From the NCBI GenBank assembly GCA_038328375.1, contig JBBQLX010000011.1, positions 1,283-65,282 of the forward strand: a stretch of 64,000 nt of DNA, in the 5' to 3' direction. Origin of the DNA: Aggregatilineales bacterium (lineage in GTDB: Bacteria > Chloroflexota > Anaerolineae > Aggregatilineales > Phototrophicaceae). Position numbers and translations under genes: made by a program. Positions 37,785 through 48,161 of this stretch are shown here, one piece after another. The notes below the pieces were generated by a model. It was not told the DNA's origin and did not search any database. It saw only the letters and a program-made list of their open reading frames with translations. Numbering within the stretch: position 1 is the stretch's first letter; every line of letters begins with the position of its first letter.

Positions 37785-38333
37785 ATGGCACTCTGGAATA
37801 TCGACGCAGCACATGCACAGGCTAGCTTCTCGGCACGTCACATGATGATTACCACTGTACGCGGTACTTTTGGTAAGGTTAGCGGAACGATTAATTTTGA
37901 CCCTGCAAATCCTTCGGCAGCAACCGTTGAAGCTGTTATTGACACCACATCACTGGGTTCAACAGGTAATGACCAACGTGATGGTCATCTGAAAAGCCCC
38001 GATTTCTTGGACACCGAGAAATTCCCCACCATTACCTTCAAGAGTACTGGTGTAGAGGCTAACGCTGACGGTTCAGAAGCCAAAATTACCGGCGATTTGA
38101 CCATCAAAGATGTTACCCGTTCGGTCGTTCTGAACGCGGAATTTCTGGGTCAGGGCAAGAGCCCATTCGGCACAACCGTCGCGGGTTTCAACGGCAAGAC
38201 CAAGATCAACCGTGAAGACTTTGGTTTGACTTGGAACATGGCTCTGGAGACCGGTGGTTGGTTGGTTGCCAAGGACATCAACATCGAACTTGATGTCGAA
38301 GCTGTTTTGGCGACCGAAGCTGCTCCTGCCTAA
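37785..38333 (+). CDS. YceI-family polyisoprenoid-binding protein
   Basis: WNIDAAH, RDGHLKSPDF, GDLTIKDVT, INREDFGLTWN. Confidence 0.92.
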   Translation: MALWNIDAAHAQASFSARHMMITTVRGTFGKVSGTINFDPANPSAATVEAVIDTTSLGSTGNDQRDGHLKSPDFLDTEKFPTITFKSTGVEANADGSEAKITGDLTIKDVTRSVVLNAEFLGQGKSPFGTTVAGFNGKTKINREDFGLTWNMALETGGWLVAKDINIELDVEAVLATEAAPA

Positions 38334-38486
38334 TTTCGGATGATGCGACGGGGCAAGACAACTTGCCCCTTAAAATGATGAATGACGCTTTACTGTAATG
38401 CAGTCTACGTGGCAACAAATTTATCGGAAGCGCGATCAGGGTTTACTAATGGTAAGCCCTGTTGCTTATCTAGGAGGTAGCCTGTA

Positions 38487-39272
38487 ATGGCAGCTTTTCC
38501 TCTGCAACAGACATTGATTAAACCCGGTTTTTCCCGGTATACCCCCTTTCAACATTTCCCAGCCGATACCTTCCCAACCATTCATCCCATTCATTGGCTG
38601 AACTCACATTTCGCGGTGGGCGGTTGGAGTCCATTACAACGGTTGAGCGGCATGTTGACGGCGCATATGACACGCATCGCACCCCATAATGGCTTCACAT
38701 GGCATCCGCATCGCGGGTTAGAAATTTATACGTGGATGTTGGAAGGCACACTGCACCACGAAGACACAACGGGCGGTGAAGGCGACCTCAACAAAGGCGA
38801 CTTACAGCGTATGTTCTCCGGTGATTATATCGAGCATCAAGAACTCAACCTGACTGATGAACCTGCGCGGGTTATTCAGATTTGGTTCATTGCGGATCGC
38901 CATCACCAAGGTTTGGAGCCGCATTATCAGCAAATTAGCCGTGAAGGTTTACCTGCACGACAGGGTGACGGATCAACCACTTATAGCTTGATCGGTGACG
39001 ACTCGCCGATGCAGCAGCATATGACCGGACGCTTGACCGCGACGACGGTGGATGCCAACGGTAAAGCCGAAGTTCAAGCGCCGCGCTCCGACGAGGATTT
39101 GTTCCTGTATGTGACTGATGGAACGGGCCAAGCGACTTATGACGGTCAGACAGTCAAGCTCGGTCAATATGATGTGATTTTAGGAACGCCCGATATTCAA
39201 AAAACATTGATACAAGCAGAAGCGGGCGGACTGGATTATTTGAGCTTCTATCTGCCGCGCTTTCTGAGTTAG
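38487..39272 (+). CDS. Pirin-family cupin
   Basis: WHPHRGLE, HED, IEHQE, QIW. Confidence 0.88.
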   Translation: MAAFPLQQTLIKPGFSRYTPFQHFPADTFPTIHPIHWLNSHFAVGGWSPLQRLSGMLTAHMTRIAPHNGFTWHPHRGLEIYTWMLEGTLHHEDTTGGEGDLNKGDLQRMFSGDYIEHQELNLTDEPARVIQIWFIADRHHQGLEPHYQQISREGLPARQGDGSTTYSLIGDDSPMQQHMTGRLTATTVDANGKAEVQAPRSDEDLFLYVTDGTGQATYDGQTVKLGQYDVILGTPDIQKTLIQAEAGGLDYLSFYLPRFLS

Positions 39273-39291
39273 TGTCTCCTCCCTTTGCTTT

Positions 39292-39327
39292 GAGGTTACT
39301 GTGATTGCCTTCGCAGTAACCTCTTTT
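39292..39327 (+). terminator. Intrinsic terminator after pirin
   Basis: GAGGTTACTG-N12-CAGTAACCTC-TTTTT. Confidence 0.72.
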
Positions 39328-39553
39328 TATTTCATGGAATCAGACCTAATACCTTGTGGCTTGCCGTAGGAGCTTCATTTTCTGCCGGATTTGGATGCCA
39401 CCATAGTGATCCTCTCTGCGAGCCAAGGTTTAGATAATGATCATGTGGATCAGTTGATTGAAATTGCTGCCAGCGCGAAGAATTAAAAGCTCCGTGTAGT
39501 GTGTTGTTCCCGTGCTATAATTCCTAGCAAAGATGAGTAGAAGCGGGAACATA

Positions 39554-39856
39554 ATGATTGAGAAAATCGCTATCCCACAAGATGAAATTACTGCGTTTTG
39601 CGAACGAAACCATATTCGCAAATTATCCCTGTTTGGATCGGTTTTGCGCGATGATTTCCGACCGGAGAGTGATGTGGATTTTTTGGTTGAATTTGAGCCA
39701 GATCATGTACCCGGGTTCATTACCTTCAGTAAAATGCGGCTAGAACTTTCCGACATATTAGGACGACAGATTGACTTGCAAACACCGCAATCTTTGAGCC
39801 GTTATTTTCGTAAAGATGTCGAAGACCGTGCCGAAAAAATCTATTCCGCTAACTGA
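39554..39856 (+). CDS. MNT minimal nucleotidyltransferase antitoxin
   Basis: LFGSVLRDDFRPESDVD. Confidence 0.9.
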   Translation: MIEKIAIPQDEITAFCERNHIRKLSLFGSVLRDDFRPESDVDFLVEFEPDHVPGFITFSKMRLELSDILGRQIDLQTPQSLSRYFRKDVEDRAEKIYSAN

Positions 39857-40187
39857 TGATAATCGCTTAAAGCACATGCTGGAGGCGGCACTTGAAGCAA
39901 TAGCGTTTGCTGATGGTATTGATCGCGCTGCTCTTGGTAATAATCGCCTCGTTATTTTAGCGATTGTTAAAGACATCGAGATTATTGGTGAAGCGGCTTC
40001 AAAAGTCTCTGAAGTAAGACGCAATCAACATTCAGAGATTCCTTGGCGAGCCATTATTGATATGCGTAATCATTTGATACACGGCTATTTTGATGTTGAT
40101 GTCGATCAAGTGTGGAGTACGCTTATACAGGATTTACCTCCTCTGATTGCAGAGTTACAAACAATCCTAGCGAATAATAGTGCTTAA
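39816..40187 (+). CDS. HepT/DUF86 HEPN toxin
   Basis: EIIGEAA, IPW, MRNHLIHGY; overlaps MNT; exact start uncertain. Confidence 0.88.
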   Translation: MSKTVPKKSIPLTDDNRLKHMLEAALEAIAFADGIDRAALGNNRLVILAIVKDIEIIGEAASKVSEVRRNQHSEIPWRAIIDMRNHLIHGYFDVDVDQVWSTLIQDLPPLIAELQTILANNSA

Positions 40188-40268
40188 TCACCTTTCGGTG
40201 GACTTTGTAATGCGTTAATATTGCATCCCTATTCCGAACAATAACTAAGTGAATAGGGATGCAGTCGA

Positions 40269-42971
40269 ATGACTATTGAATCCATTTCCGAAAAAACCTC
40301 CACTCGTGAAATAGCCAACCCACTGAGCAACGACATTCGCTTGCTGGGTAATTTGCTCGGTAACGTCATTCGCGAACAGCATGGCGATGCGGCTTTTGCG
40401 TTGGTCGAAAAGGTGCGGGCGGTAGCGAAAGCCCGACGCAGCGGCGACCCTAAAGCAGCCGATGAACTAACCGCCATAATCGGCGGCATCGACCTTGGAC
40501 AGAAGCGGGTGTTGATCAAAGCTTTCGGTAATTACTTCCAGTTAATCAACATCGCGGAAGATTTGCAGCGTATTCGTGTGCTGCGTCAGCGCGAGATGGA
40601 AGGGCGTACCAGTGAGTCGATTGAAGAAGCGGTGAAACGCCTGCATGACGCGGGATTGAACGCTGATGCAGTGCGGGCTTTGCTGGATAAAATTTCGATA
40701 CGGTTGGTCTTAACGGCGCATCCTTCCGAAGCCAAGCGCAAGGAAGTGCTGATTAAGCTGCGGCATATCGCCAATCTGATGGCTGACCGTGACCGCCAGA
40801 TGCTGCTGCCGCGTGAACAGACCGCGCTTGAAGACGAGATCACGGCGGAAATCGAAGAACTGTGGCAGACGCGCCCCACACGTGCCTCGCGGGCAACGGT
40901 GGCGGACGAAGTGGACTTCGGCATGTACTTCATCACCTCATCCATTATGGATACGGTGGTGGATATGTATGAGGATTTGAGTCGCAGTTTGCAGACTCAC
41001 TATCCCGAAGCCGATTGGTCAGATTTGCCGATGCTGCTGCGTTATGCCTCGTGGATTGGCGGCGACCGTGATGGCAATCCGAACGTCACGCCGGAGGTGA
41101 CGCTGGAAACCATGCGTACCCAGCACGAAGCGGCGCTGCGCGTTTATTTAGATGAAATCGCTTTCCTGACCGAACACCTGACCGAATCATCCGATGAAGT
41201 GCCGGTTTCAGATGATTTGCGCGAGGCAGTTACATCAGCGGGTGGGCTGGACGAACGCTTCCCCACCGAGTTTTATCGCCAGCAGATGAACATTATTGCT
41301 GGACGTTTAACCCGCAATGAATATCAGAGTTATTTGGGGTTGTACGATGATTTGGCGTTGGTTGAGGCCAGCTTACGCCATAACAAAGGCCGCCATACCG
41401 CCAATGGCTTACTCAGCCGCTTGATGGAAAAAGTGCGTTTGTTCGGTTTGCATCTCGCGCCGTTGGATGTGCGCGAAGATGCCCGATTACATGCTAATGC
41501 ACTTGAAGAAATGTTTAAGTATTATGGACGCACCGAGAGTTATAAGGCGCTTTCAGAAGAAGATAAACAGCAGCTCTTGACGATGGAAATCGCCAACCCG
41601 CGTCCTTTCTTCCCGATGGAACCTAAATTTTCTGAGGCGACCAACAAGATTATTGCCACATGGCGCATGGTGGCGCAGGCGCACAAGTTGTACGGCAAAG
41701 GTGTGATTGATACCTTTATCGCCAGCATGAGCCAGCAGCCGAGCGATATTCTGGCGATGCTGTTGTTAGCGCATGAAGTCGGCATTGCCGATGACATCGA
41801 CATCGTGCCGTTGTTTGAAACGATTGACGACTTGCAACATGCGCCTGACGTGATGACAGCCATTTTTGCCAACCCTGAATATCGCAAGCATCTTACCGTG
41901 CGTAAAAATCACCAACAGGTGATGATCGGTTATTCGGACAGCGGCAAAGATGGTGGCTATATGGCCTCCAACTGGAATCTCTATACCGCTCAGCATGATT
42001 TGGCGGAAATTTGTACCCAGCAGGGCATCAGTTTGGAATTGTTTCATGGTCGCGGTGGCAGCATCGGGCGCGGCGGCGGCCCAACCGGACAAGCCATCCT
42101 CAGCCAACCCCCGCTTTCGATGCAAGGCGCGATCAAGATCACCGAGCAGGGTGAAGTGATTGCTTACCGTTACAGTAACGCCGACATTGCGCGGCGGCAT
42201 ATGCATCATGTGGTTAATGCAGTACTGTTGGTGACGGGTATTCCATCTGACCATGAGGCCAAACCGGAATGGCGGGCGGTCATGGACTTCCTCGCCGATG
42301 CCGGACGCAAATCCTTCCGTAAGTTTGTTTATGAAACCGAGGGCTTCCTGCAATATTGGCATCAAGCCACGCCGATTGACGAACTGGCAAACTTGCCCAT
42401 CAGTTCACGGCCTGCCAAGCGCAAATCCGGCAGCAGTTTTAGTGATGTACGCGCTATTCCATGGGTGTTTTCGTGGATGCAAAGCCGCGCTATTATCCCA
42501 AGCTGGTACAGCGTCGGCACATCCTTGAAGCGTTACTGTGAGGAGCATGAAGATGGTTTGGCGACATTGCGAACCATGTACAACGAGTGGCCGTTTTTCA
42601 AGGCGCTTATGGAGAATGCCCAATTGGATTTGGCGAAGGCTGATATGGGCATCGCTGAATTGTATGCTTCACTTGTGAATGATGAAGCGCTGCGTAAGGG
42701 AATCTTTGATGACATGAACGGGGAATATAATCTGGCTTGCGACTATGTATGTAAGGTGTTCGATGAGCCGTCCTTGCTGCATCAGTCGCCGGTGATGCAG
42801 CGTTCGATTGAACGGCGTAACCCGTATGTTGATCCGTTGAACTTTATTCAGGTGGATTTGTTGCAGCAGCTTCGTGCATTAAACCCGGATGCCTCGGAAT
42901 ACAATGAGGTTATGCGGAATGTGTTGGCGACTGTCAACGGCATTAGCGCCGGTATGAAGGTTACAGGGTAA
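40269..42971 (+). CDS. ppc: Phosphoenolpyruvate carboxylase
   Basis: TAHPSE, GGDRDGNP, PLFET, GYSDSGKDGG, HGRGGSIGRGG, RAIPWVF, ERRNPY. Confidence 0.97.
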   Translation: MTIESISEKTSTREIANPLSNDIRLLGNLLGNVIREQHGDAAFALVEKVRAVAKARRSGDPKAADELTAIIGGIDLGQKRVLIKAFGNYFQLINIAEDLQRIRVLRQREMEGRTSESIEEAVKRLHDAGLNADAVRALLDKISIRLVLTAHPSEAKRKEVLIKLRHIANLMADRDRQMLLPREQTALEDEITAEIEELWQTRPTRASRATVADEVDFGMYFITSSIMDTVVDMYEDLSRSLQTHYPEADWSDLPMLLRYASWIGGDRDGNPNVTPEVTLETMRTQHEAALRVYLDEIAFLTEHLTESSDEVPVSDDLREAVTSAGGLDERFPTEFYRQQMNIIAGRLTRNEYQSYLGLYDDLALVEASLRHNKGRHTANGLLSRLMEKVRLFGLHLAPLDVREDARLHANALEEMFKYYGRTESYKALSEEDKQQLLTMEIANPRPFFPMEPKFSEATNKIIATWRMVAQAHKLYGKGVIDTFIASMSQQPSDILAMLLLAHEVGIADDIDIVPLFETIDDLQHAPDVMTAIFANPEYRKHLTVRKNHQQVMIGYSDSGKDGGYMASNWNLYTAQHDLAEICTQQGISLELFHGRGGSIGRGGGPTGQAILSQPPLSMQGAIKITEQGEVIAYRYSNADIARRHMHHVVNAVLLVTGIPSDHEAKPEWRAVMDFLADAGRKSFRKFVYETEGFLQYWHQATPIDELANLPISSRPAKRKSGSSFSDVRAIPWVFSWMQSRAIIPSWYSVGTSLKRYCEEHEDGLATLRTMYNEWPFFKALMENAQLDLAKADMGIAELYASLVNDEALRKGIFDDMNGEYNLACDYVCKVFDEPSLLHQSPVMQRSIERRNPYVDPLNFIQVDLLQQLRALNPDASEYNEVMRNVLATVNGISAGMKVTG

Positions 42972-42978
42972 CTCGAAC

Positions 42979-43518
42979 GTGGAAGCGCCTGCTCAAATAC
43001 TCATAACGGGTATTATGGCTTCGGGGAAGTCCACTATTGCCCAAGCGGTGGCGGAACGGCTGCCCAAAAGTGTTCACTTACGCGGCGACTTGTTCCGTCG
43101 CATGATCGTCAACGGGCGCGTGGATATGCAGCCTCAAGCGGAAGACGAAGCGCTGAATCAACTGCGGCTGCGTTATCAACTGGCGGCACAAGCGGCAGAT
43201 AGTTACTGCGCGGCGGGTTTTACAGTTGTTTATCAAGATGTGATTATCGGGGCAATCCTGCAAGATGTGGTGCTGATGCATCAGCAGTGGCCTTTGTATG
43301 TGGTGGTGCTGTGTCCCTCACCGGAGATTGCGATGGAGCGCGATGCTCACCGCCACAAACAGGTTTATCAGTCTTGGACTCCTGATGAACTTGATCTTGG
43401 CCTGCGATATGACACGCCCCAATTTGGTCTTTGGTTGGATACTTCAGCCATGACGGTCGAAGAAACGGTTGACGCGATATTGAACCAGCTTGAAGCGGCA
43501 CGTATATCCTTTGAATGA
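42979..43518 (+). CDS. P-loop kinase (AAA_33 / phosphotransferase-like)
   Basis: TGIMASGKST; GTG start. Confidence 0.78.
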   Translation: MEAPAQILITGIMASGKSTIAQAVAERLPKSVHLRGDLFRRMIVNGRVDMQPQAEDEALNQLRLRYQLAAQAADSYCAAGFTVVYQDVIIGAILQDVVLMHQQWPLYVVVLCPSPEIAMERDAHRHKQVYQSWTPDELDLGLRYDTPQFGLWLDTSAMTVEETVDAILNQLEAARISFE

Positions 43519-43524
43519 TAGGCA

Positions 43525-44031
43525 CTATGTCTTAGCCGTATCACTCAGCCATTGGGCTACTTGTTCAGGTGATAATTCGGTGGTATCCAGTGTCAGATCG
43601 TAATCAGTTAAAGCTGCGGTCTGATCGTATGTCCATTTGACCTCATTATCGCTGATCGACGGCGGACGCTGGTGATGACGGCGCAACGTTTCGTCGAGTG
43701 AGGGCAGTAGGCGCACAATTCGCAGCGATAGGCCGTTCAATTTGGCACGATAAACGGCGGGAATATCTGCCCATAGGACATCCAGCAGCACGACTTCTAA
43801 GCCGATGGTGTTGAATGAACGTGCCAGCGTCGCGCCATGCCGAGCGCCAATTCGGTGTTGGTTCAAGCCTTCGTTGCCTTGCCATGGTGCGATGTGCGGC
43901 TGGGTATACATGCCCCGCACTTGATCGCCATCAATCACCGCGCATTGCTGGCTGAACTGGCGAGCATAGGTGTAGCCGATGGTATTTTTTCCGGCGGCGG
44001 ATGGGCCTGTCAAAAGGGTGATGAGTGGCAT
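43525..44031 (-). CDS. P-loop kinase (AAA_33-like)
   Basis: TGPSAAGKNT, IDGD. Confidence 0.72.
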   Translation of the reverse strand: MPLITLLTGPSAAGKNTIGYTYARQFSQQCAVIDGDQVRGMYTQPHIAPWQGNEGLNQHRIGARHGATLARSFNTIGLEVVLLDVLWADIPAVYRAKLNGLSLRIVRLLPSLDETLRRHHQRPPSISDNEVKWTYDQTAALTDYDLTLDTTELSPEQVAQWLSDTAKT

Positions 44032-44049
44032 AATGTCAATTTCCTGTAG

Positions 44050-44652
44050 TCACTTGAGAAATGGTTCGGCGAGTAAGAGCGCCAGCACACCGATGCCATC
44101 ATGAATTTCACCTGCACGAGCCATTCGGTAGACTTCGGCTGCCGGAAAAGTATGAACAGTCATGACTTCAGCCGGTTCATGTTCGGTGCTGCCGAGTGTC
44201 ACGCCTGTAGCCAGATAAAGATGAGCGTGTTCCGTACCAACACCTTTCATGGTACTGACCTGCATCAAAAAGCGCCATTCGGTTGCTGTACCACCTGCCT
44301 CTTCATGCAGTTCGCGTTGGGCAGCGGGAAGGACATCTTCTGCTCGTGTGATGCCGCCGCCCGATGGCAGTTCCCAACCCCATGTTTGCAGCGGATAGCG
44401 GTAATGCCACAGTAGGACGATTTCGCCCTGAGTGGTTACGGGAACAACCCAAACAGCATCCGCCAATTCGACGACATTATAAACACCTTCGCTGCCGTTG
44501 GGTAAGTTGATGCGGTCTTGGCGCACCGCATACCACGGACATTCCCAGACACGGCGCGTTTCTATCGCTGTTATCGGATGGTCTTGCGGCACGGATTTAG
44601 CGGCCTGATTTGCGGCGATAGTTTTGTCGGTCACGGGTTCGGGCATCTTCAT
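44050..44652 (-). CDS. NUDIX hydrolase
   Basis: Nudix box ELPSGG...AAQRELHEEAG. Confidence 0.88.
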   Translation of the reverse strand: MKMPEPVTDKTIAANQAAKSVPQDHPITAIETRRVWECPWYAVRQDRINLPNGSEGVYNVVELADAVWVVPVTTQGEIVLLWHYRYPLQTWGWELPSGGGITRAEDVLPAAQRELHEEAGGTATEWRFLMQVSTMKGVGTEHAHLYLATGVTLGSTEHEPAEVMTVHTFPAAEVYRMARAGEIHDGIGVLALLLAEPFLK

Positions 44653-45019
44653 CTAATACGCCAAAGATCGGTTTGTCACCAAGTCGTTTGGCATCACGGT
44701 TCAGCATAATTCTTATTAAGATAACACCAATTGCCACTAATATCAGCGCGACGATAGCGCTGATGAGAAGGACTGCGGGTAATTCGAGTGTGGGTGCGAT
44801 ACGTTGTACGATGCCGAGCGTGACCGCAGCGACCACCACAAAAGCCAATAGGATGCCGATTCGGGCGACCGTGATGAGTCCGGTCAGCCACAAGATGCTG
44901 TTGCCAACAATTCCACCGACCAACAAGAATATACCACGCGGTGTTGCGGCTGTTTTGCCACCGATCATAAAGCGGTCATACTGTTCCATTGGATCGCGCC
45001 GACGCGGTGATTTGGACAT
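44597..45019 (-). CDS. Hypothetical membrane protein (about 3 TM)
   Basis: Hydrophobic ORF overlapping the NUDIX 5' end. Confidence 0.6.
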   Translation of the reverse strand: MSKSPRRRDPMEQYDRFMIGGKTAATPRGIFLLVGGIVGNSILWLTGLITVARIGILLAFVVVAAVTLGIVQRIAPTLELPAVLLISAIVALILVAIGVILIRIMLNRDAKRLGDKPIFGVLDEDARTRDRQNYRRKSGR

Positions 45020-45136
45020 GTGTGCATCCTCTCACTGGCATTGAGCAATCTATTCAGTGTACGCCCGTTTATCTCGAAGTATTTCAAGCATATCTTTTGC
45101 ATAGGAAAGTTCAAACGCCCACAGTATACTTTGCCT

Positions 45137-46720
45137 ATGAAACCTTATTCCCTCATTGTCACCGCTTGTCTTGTCATCACCCTTGTCGCGGGCATTTTGC
45201 TGCTGAACCAGAATCAACAGGCTCGGCCGCTTCAAGTTCAAGATCATACCGCAACCAGAAGCGTTTTGCTCACAGCATCCCTTGACCGCGTATTGTTCCC
45301 GGCGCAGTGTGTTTGGGTCACTTGGCAGTTAGAAGGTATCCGTGAGGTTTACCTAAACGGTCATGGTAAGGTCGGTCAAGGCGCGGCGGAAAGCTGTACG
45401 GTCGGCACACCTCCGACTTTTAGAGTGGTGTTTCAGGATGGACGTGAGGTTTTCTACAGCCTTCCAGTGACGCAGGCATACAGCACACCAATCGGACTGA
45501 TCGCCTTAGTCGCTTTTGTCGTGGGTTTAGGGCTGCTAGTGGGGTTGTTAATCGGTCCACGCGCTTTGCTGATCGTATTCGTGGTAGTTGTGTTTGGCCC
45601 CTTACTGCGGGCGCAGGTCAATCTGGGGCAAGATTACATTGATCACGATATGTTTGCGACGGTGGCAATGGATGACTCGCGGGCGCTGCCACCGCATTTC
45701 CTCTACCATGTTTCGGCTATCGCCTTGTTCGAAAGTCACCTGTCACCCACTATCGAAAATGCGGGTTTTGTGGTCATGCTGTTGGCTTATATCGTCACCG
45801 CGTTGGCGACCTACCAACTGCTGCACTGGCTTAATCATCAGCGCGGAACGGTCAAACCGATTTCAGGTTACATCTGGGTGGCGGCGGTGCTGGCCTTGAT
45901 GCTGCTCGGCCCGATTAGCGTATTGGAAGATACATTTCAACCCGGTCAAGCCAACGCCTTTCTGTTCGCCAATACCTACCATAACCCGACTGTCAACCTG
46001 CTCAAACCGCTGGCGATTTTGTTGTTCTTCGTCATCTTGAACATGATGCAGAATCCACAGCGACGCTTGCTATTCCTGACAATTGCTGCCGCCACGCTCA
46101 CAGTCTTGGCGACATTGGCTAAGCCTAATTACACGATTGCGATAGCACCTGCAATTTTTTTAGTCATTGTTTACAGTTTTCTGAGGCCGTTTCGCATCCC
46201 ACGAATTTGGTTGGTTGCAGCCGTTTTAGTTCCAGCCGCTGTCGTGCTGATCTGGCAATTTACATTTCTGTATGGGGCTGGGCATAGTTCATTGGTGCGT
46301 GGCGATAATTCGTCGATTATTTTTGCGCCGTTTGATTACTTTATAACGATAAATAAGGTCACGTTTGGCTGGCTGCTGCTGGATTTAGCCGCGTCGATCT
46401 TGTTTCCAGCCCTGATGTATATCACTTATTGGCGCGAAACCCGTTACAACACCGCGCTCAATCTAAGCTGGTTGGTGTTTCTCATCGCCTTGGCGCAGGC
46501 GTATTTTTTCAATGAGAATCCTGACGGATCACACGGCAATCTGACGTGGGGTACGCAAATCGGTTTGTTTATCCTGTTTGCGGTGTCGGTTGAATATTTT
46601 GCTTGCAAAGTGGCTGAGGTTATCCGCAATCGTCAATCGATTAATTGGTCGCTTGTCGCCAGTGGCATCGCATTGTCAGCACATGTCGTCAATCGGGTTG
46701 TGGTCTTGCTCTCGGCCTAG
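45137..46720 (+). CDS. Polytopic membrane protein, possible GT-C-fold glycosyltransferase
   Basis: More than 10 TM, periplasmic N-domain, YHNPT and AKPNY loops; ATG 6 nt after TATACT. Confidence 0.6.
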   Translation: MKPYSLIVTACLVITLVAGILLLNQNQQARPLQVQDHTATRSVLLTASLDRVLFPAQCVWVTWQLEGIREVYLNGHGKVGQGAAESCTVGTPPTFRVVFQDGREVFYSLPVTQAYSTPIGLIALVAFVVGLGLLVGLLIGPRALLIVFVVVVFGPLLRAQVNLGQDYIDHDMFATVAMDDSRALPPHFLYHVSAIALFESHLSPTIENAGFVVMLLAYIVTALATYQLLHWLNHQRGTVKPISGYIWVAAVLALMLLGPISVLEDTFQPGQANAFLFANTYHNPTVNLLKPLAILLFFVILNMMQNPQRRLLFLTIAAATLTVLATLAKPNYTIAIAPAIFLVIVYSFLRPFRIPRIWLVAAVLVPAAVVLIWQFTFLYGAGHSSLVRGDNSSIIFAPFDYFITINKVTFGWLLLDLAASILFPALMYITYWRETRYNTALNLSWLVFLIALAQAYFFNENPDGSHGNLTWGTQIGLFILFAVSVEYFACKVAEVIRNRQSINWSLVASGIALSAHVVNRVVVLLSA

Positions 46721-46723
46721 AAT

Positions 46724-47626
46724 CTAGACAATGTTCGGAGCGAAGTCGGTCAAGAAATCGTCAGGAATACGAATCGGGCGACCTGTTTTGAGGTCGATCC
46801 AGACCCAACGGGTACGCGCCTGTGCCACTTGCAGCCCATCACGAGGTCGGGTGATATTGTAAAAGCGGTTGGCACTGATCCGACCATTCGCCGTCACCCA
46901 TGTACTAATTTCCAACTCATCGTCTAGCAGCGCCGGATGTTTGTACTCGATGTGATGTTCACGGGCGACCGCCGCCCAACCCGCCGCCTGTGAACGTGCC
47001 AGCGGCCAGCCATAATGTACGGCAACTTGCAGGCCGCAGTCTTCGATATAGCTAAAATACACCGCATTGTTGACATGACGCGCAGTATCCAGATCACGCC
47101 ATTCGACACGGCGGTGCAGTTTATAAACATTGGGCGGTGGAGGAGGCGGAGCAGGGAAGCGAGTACGACTCGTTGCAGCATCGCTCAAGCCTTCGGGAAC
47201 AAACGCGGCGATCAGTTCAGGCGGAACGACAGTCGGGCGTTCGGTAGCAGTTTCCAAATACACCCAATCGGTGTTGGCACGGGCGATGAGCGTTTCTTCC
47301 CCAGCTTTGCGGAACTCGTAAAATCGGCGTGACCGCACCCGCCGGAAATCACCGACCCATGTTTTGACCTCGATGGTATCGCCGTAGACCACCGGATGCA
47401 GATATTCAATTTCGGTTTCGTAAGCTAACCATAAATGTCCCATCGCATCATAGCGAGCTTTGTCATAACCCACCGAGGCCGAGGCTTCAAAAGCGGCTTC
47501 CTCCATGTAACGGGCATAGTTGGCGTTGTTCAGATGACCGAGCGCATCACATTCATAGTGACGAACTTTGAAGGTTGCGATGTGGCTAGCAGGCATGAAG
47601 GTTAACGGCTTTCGCTCAACAACCAC
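46724..47626 (-). CDS. Double-hotdog acyl-CoA/ACP thioesterase
   Basis: Two 4HBT motifs: DALGHLNNANY and DTARHVNNAVY. Confidence 0.88.
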   Translation of the reverse strand: MVVERKPLTFMPASHIATFKVRHYECDALGHLNNANYARYMEEAAFEASASVGYDKARYDAMGHLWLAYETEIEYLHPVVYGDTIEVKTWVGDFRRVRSRRFYEFRKAGEETLIARANTDWVYLETATERPTVVPPELIAAFVPEGLSDAATSRTRFPAPPPPPPNVYKLHRRVEWRDLDTARHVNNAVYFSYIEDCGLQVAVHYGWPLARSQAAGWAAVAREHHIEYKHPALLDDELEISTWVTANGRISANRFYNITRPRDGLQVAQARTRWVWIDLKTGRPIRIPDDFLTDFAPNIV

Positions 47627-48021
47627 GCAGTCGCTTCATCGCGTTTGTCCACCGGGAAAAAGCGTGTAATATCACGGCTGGGCGCGATAGCACGAATGAA
47701 ACTGTCGATGAAGGAGTAGGCCAAACCGGGACGATGCAGGATAACTGTTCGCCCACGTGGACGGTTGGGGAAAAGTGTTTCGAGGCGGCGAAAGCGCTGC
47801 ACATTCGTGACCAACGATACATCCCGTTCACCTGCTTGGGTTATATCAACGATGTAACGGTTCGTGTTTGCGTTGGAAGTCGTCGTAAAAATATGTTCCA
47901 GTTTACGGAAAAAATCGTCTATAGCTTCTTTATTGGATTCGCGGAAAATGAATTGATGAATACCCTGTTCAGTCAAGGTGTAATCACAACCTACACTGGC
48001 GGCTGAATTGGACATACCCAA
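47602..48021 (-). CDS. Small STAS/SpoIIAA-like domain protein
   Basis: YIVDIT...RTVILH...RFF...DEATAWL pattern. Confidence 0.6.
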   Translation of the reverse strand: MGMSNSAASVGCDYTLTEQGIHQFIFRESNKEAIDDFFRKLEHIFTTTSNANTNRYIVDITQAGERDVSLVTNVQRFRRLETLFPNRPRGRTVILHRPGLAYSFIDSFIRAIAPSRDITRFFPVDKRDEATAWLLSESR

Positions 48022-48161
48022 ATCTCCCTGATGGTAAACCTAAGCAGCGTCATTATATAACACTTGTCTCGGGTATGAGTATGAAAATTTACACATGAGC
48101 AGTCGTGCTTAATAGAGAGTGCTGTATTAAAATTGTTGCCCTTCAAGTGTTGGGCAATTAG

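Noticed and set aside
39370-39486. Open stretch ELHFLPDLDATIVILSASQGLDNDHVDQLIEIAASAKN* resembling a gene 3' remnant
   Set aside because: No start codon and too short to assign without a search.
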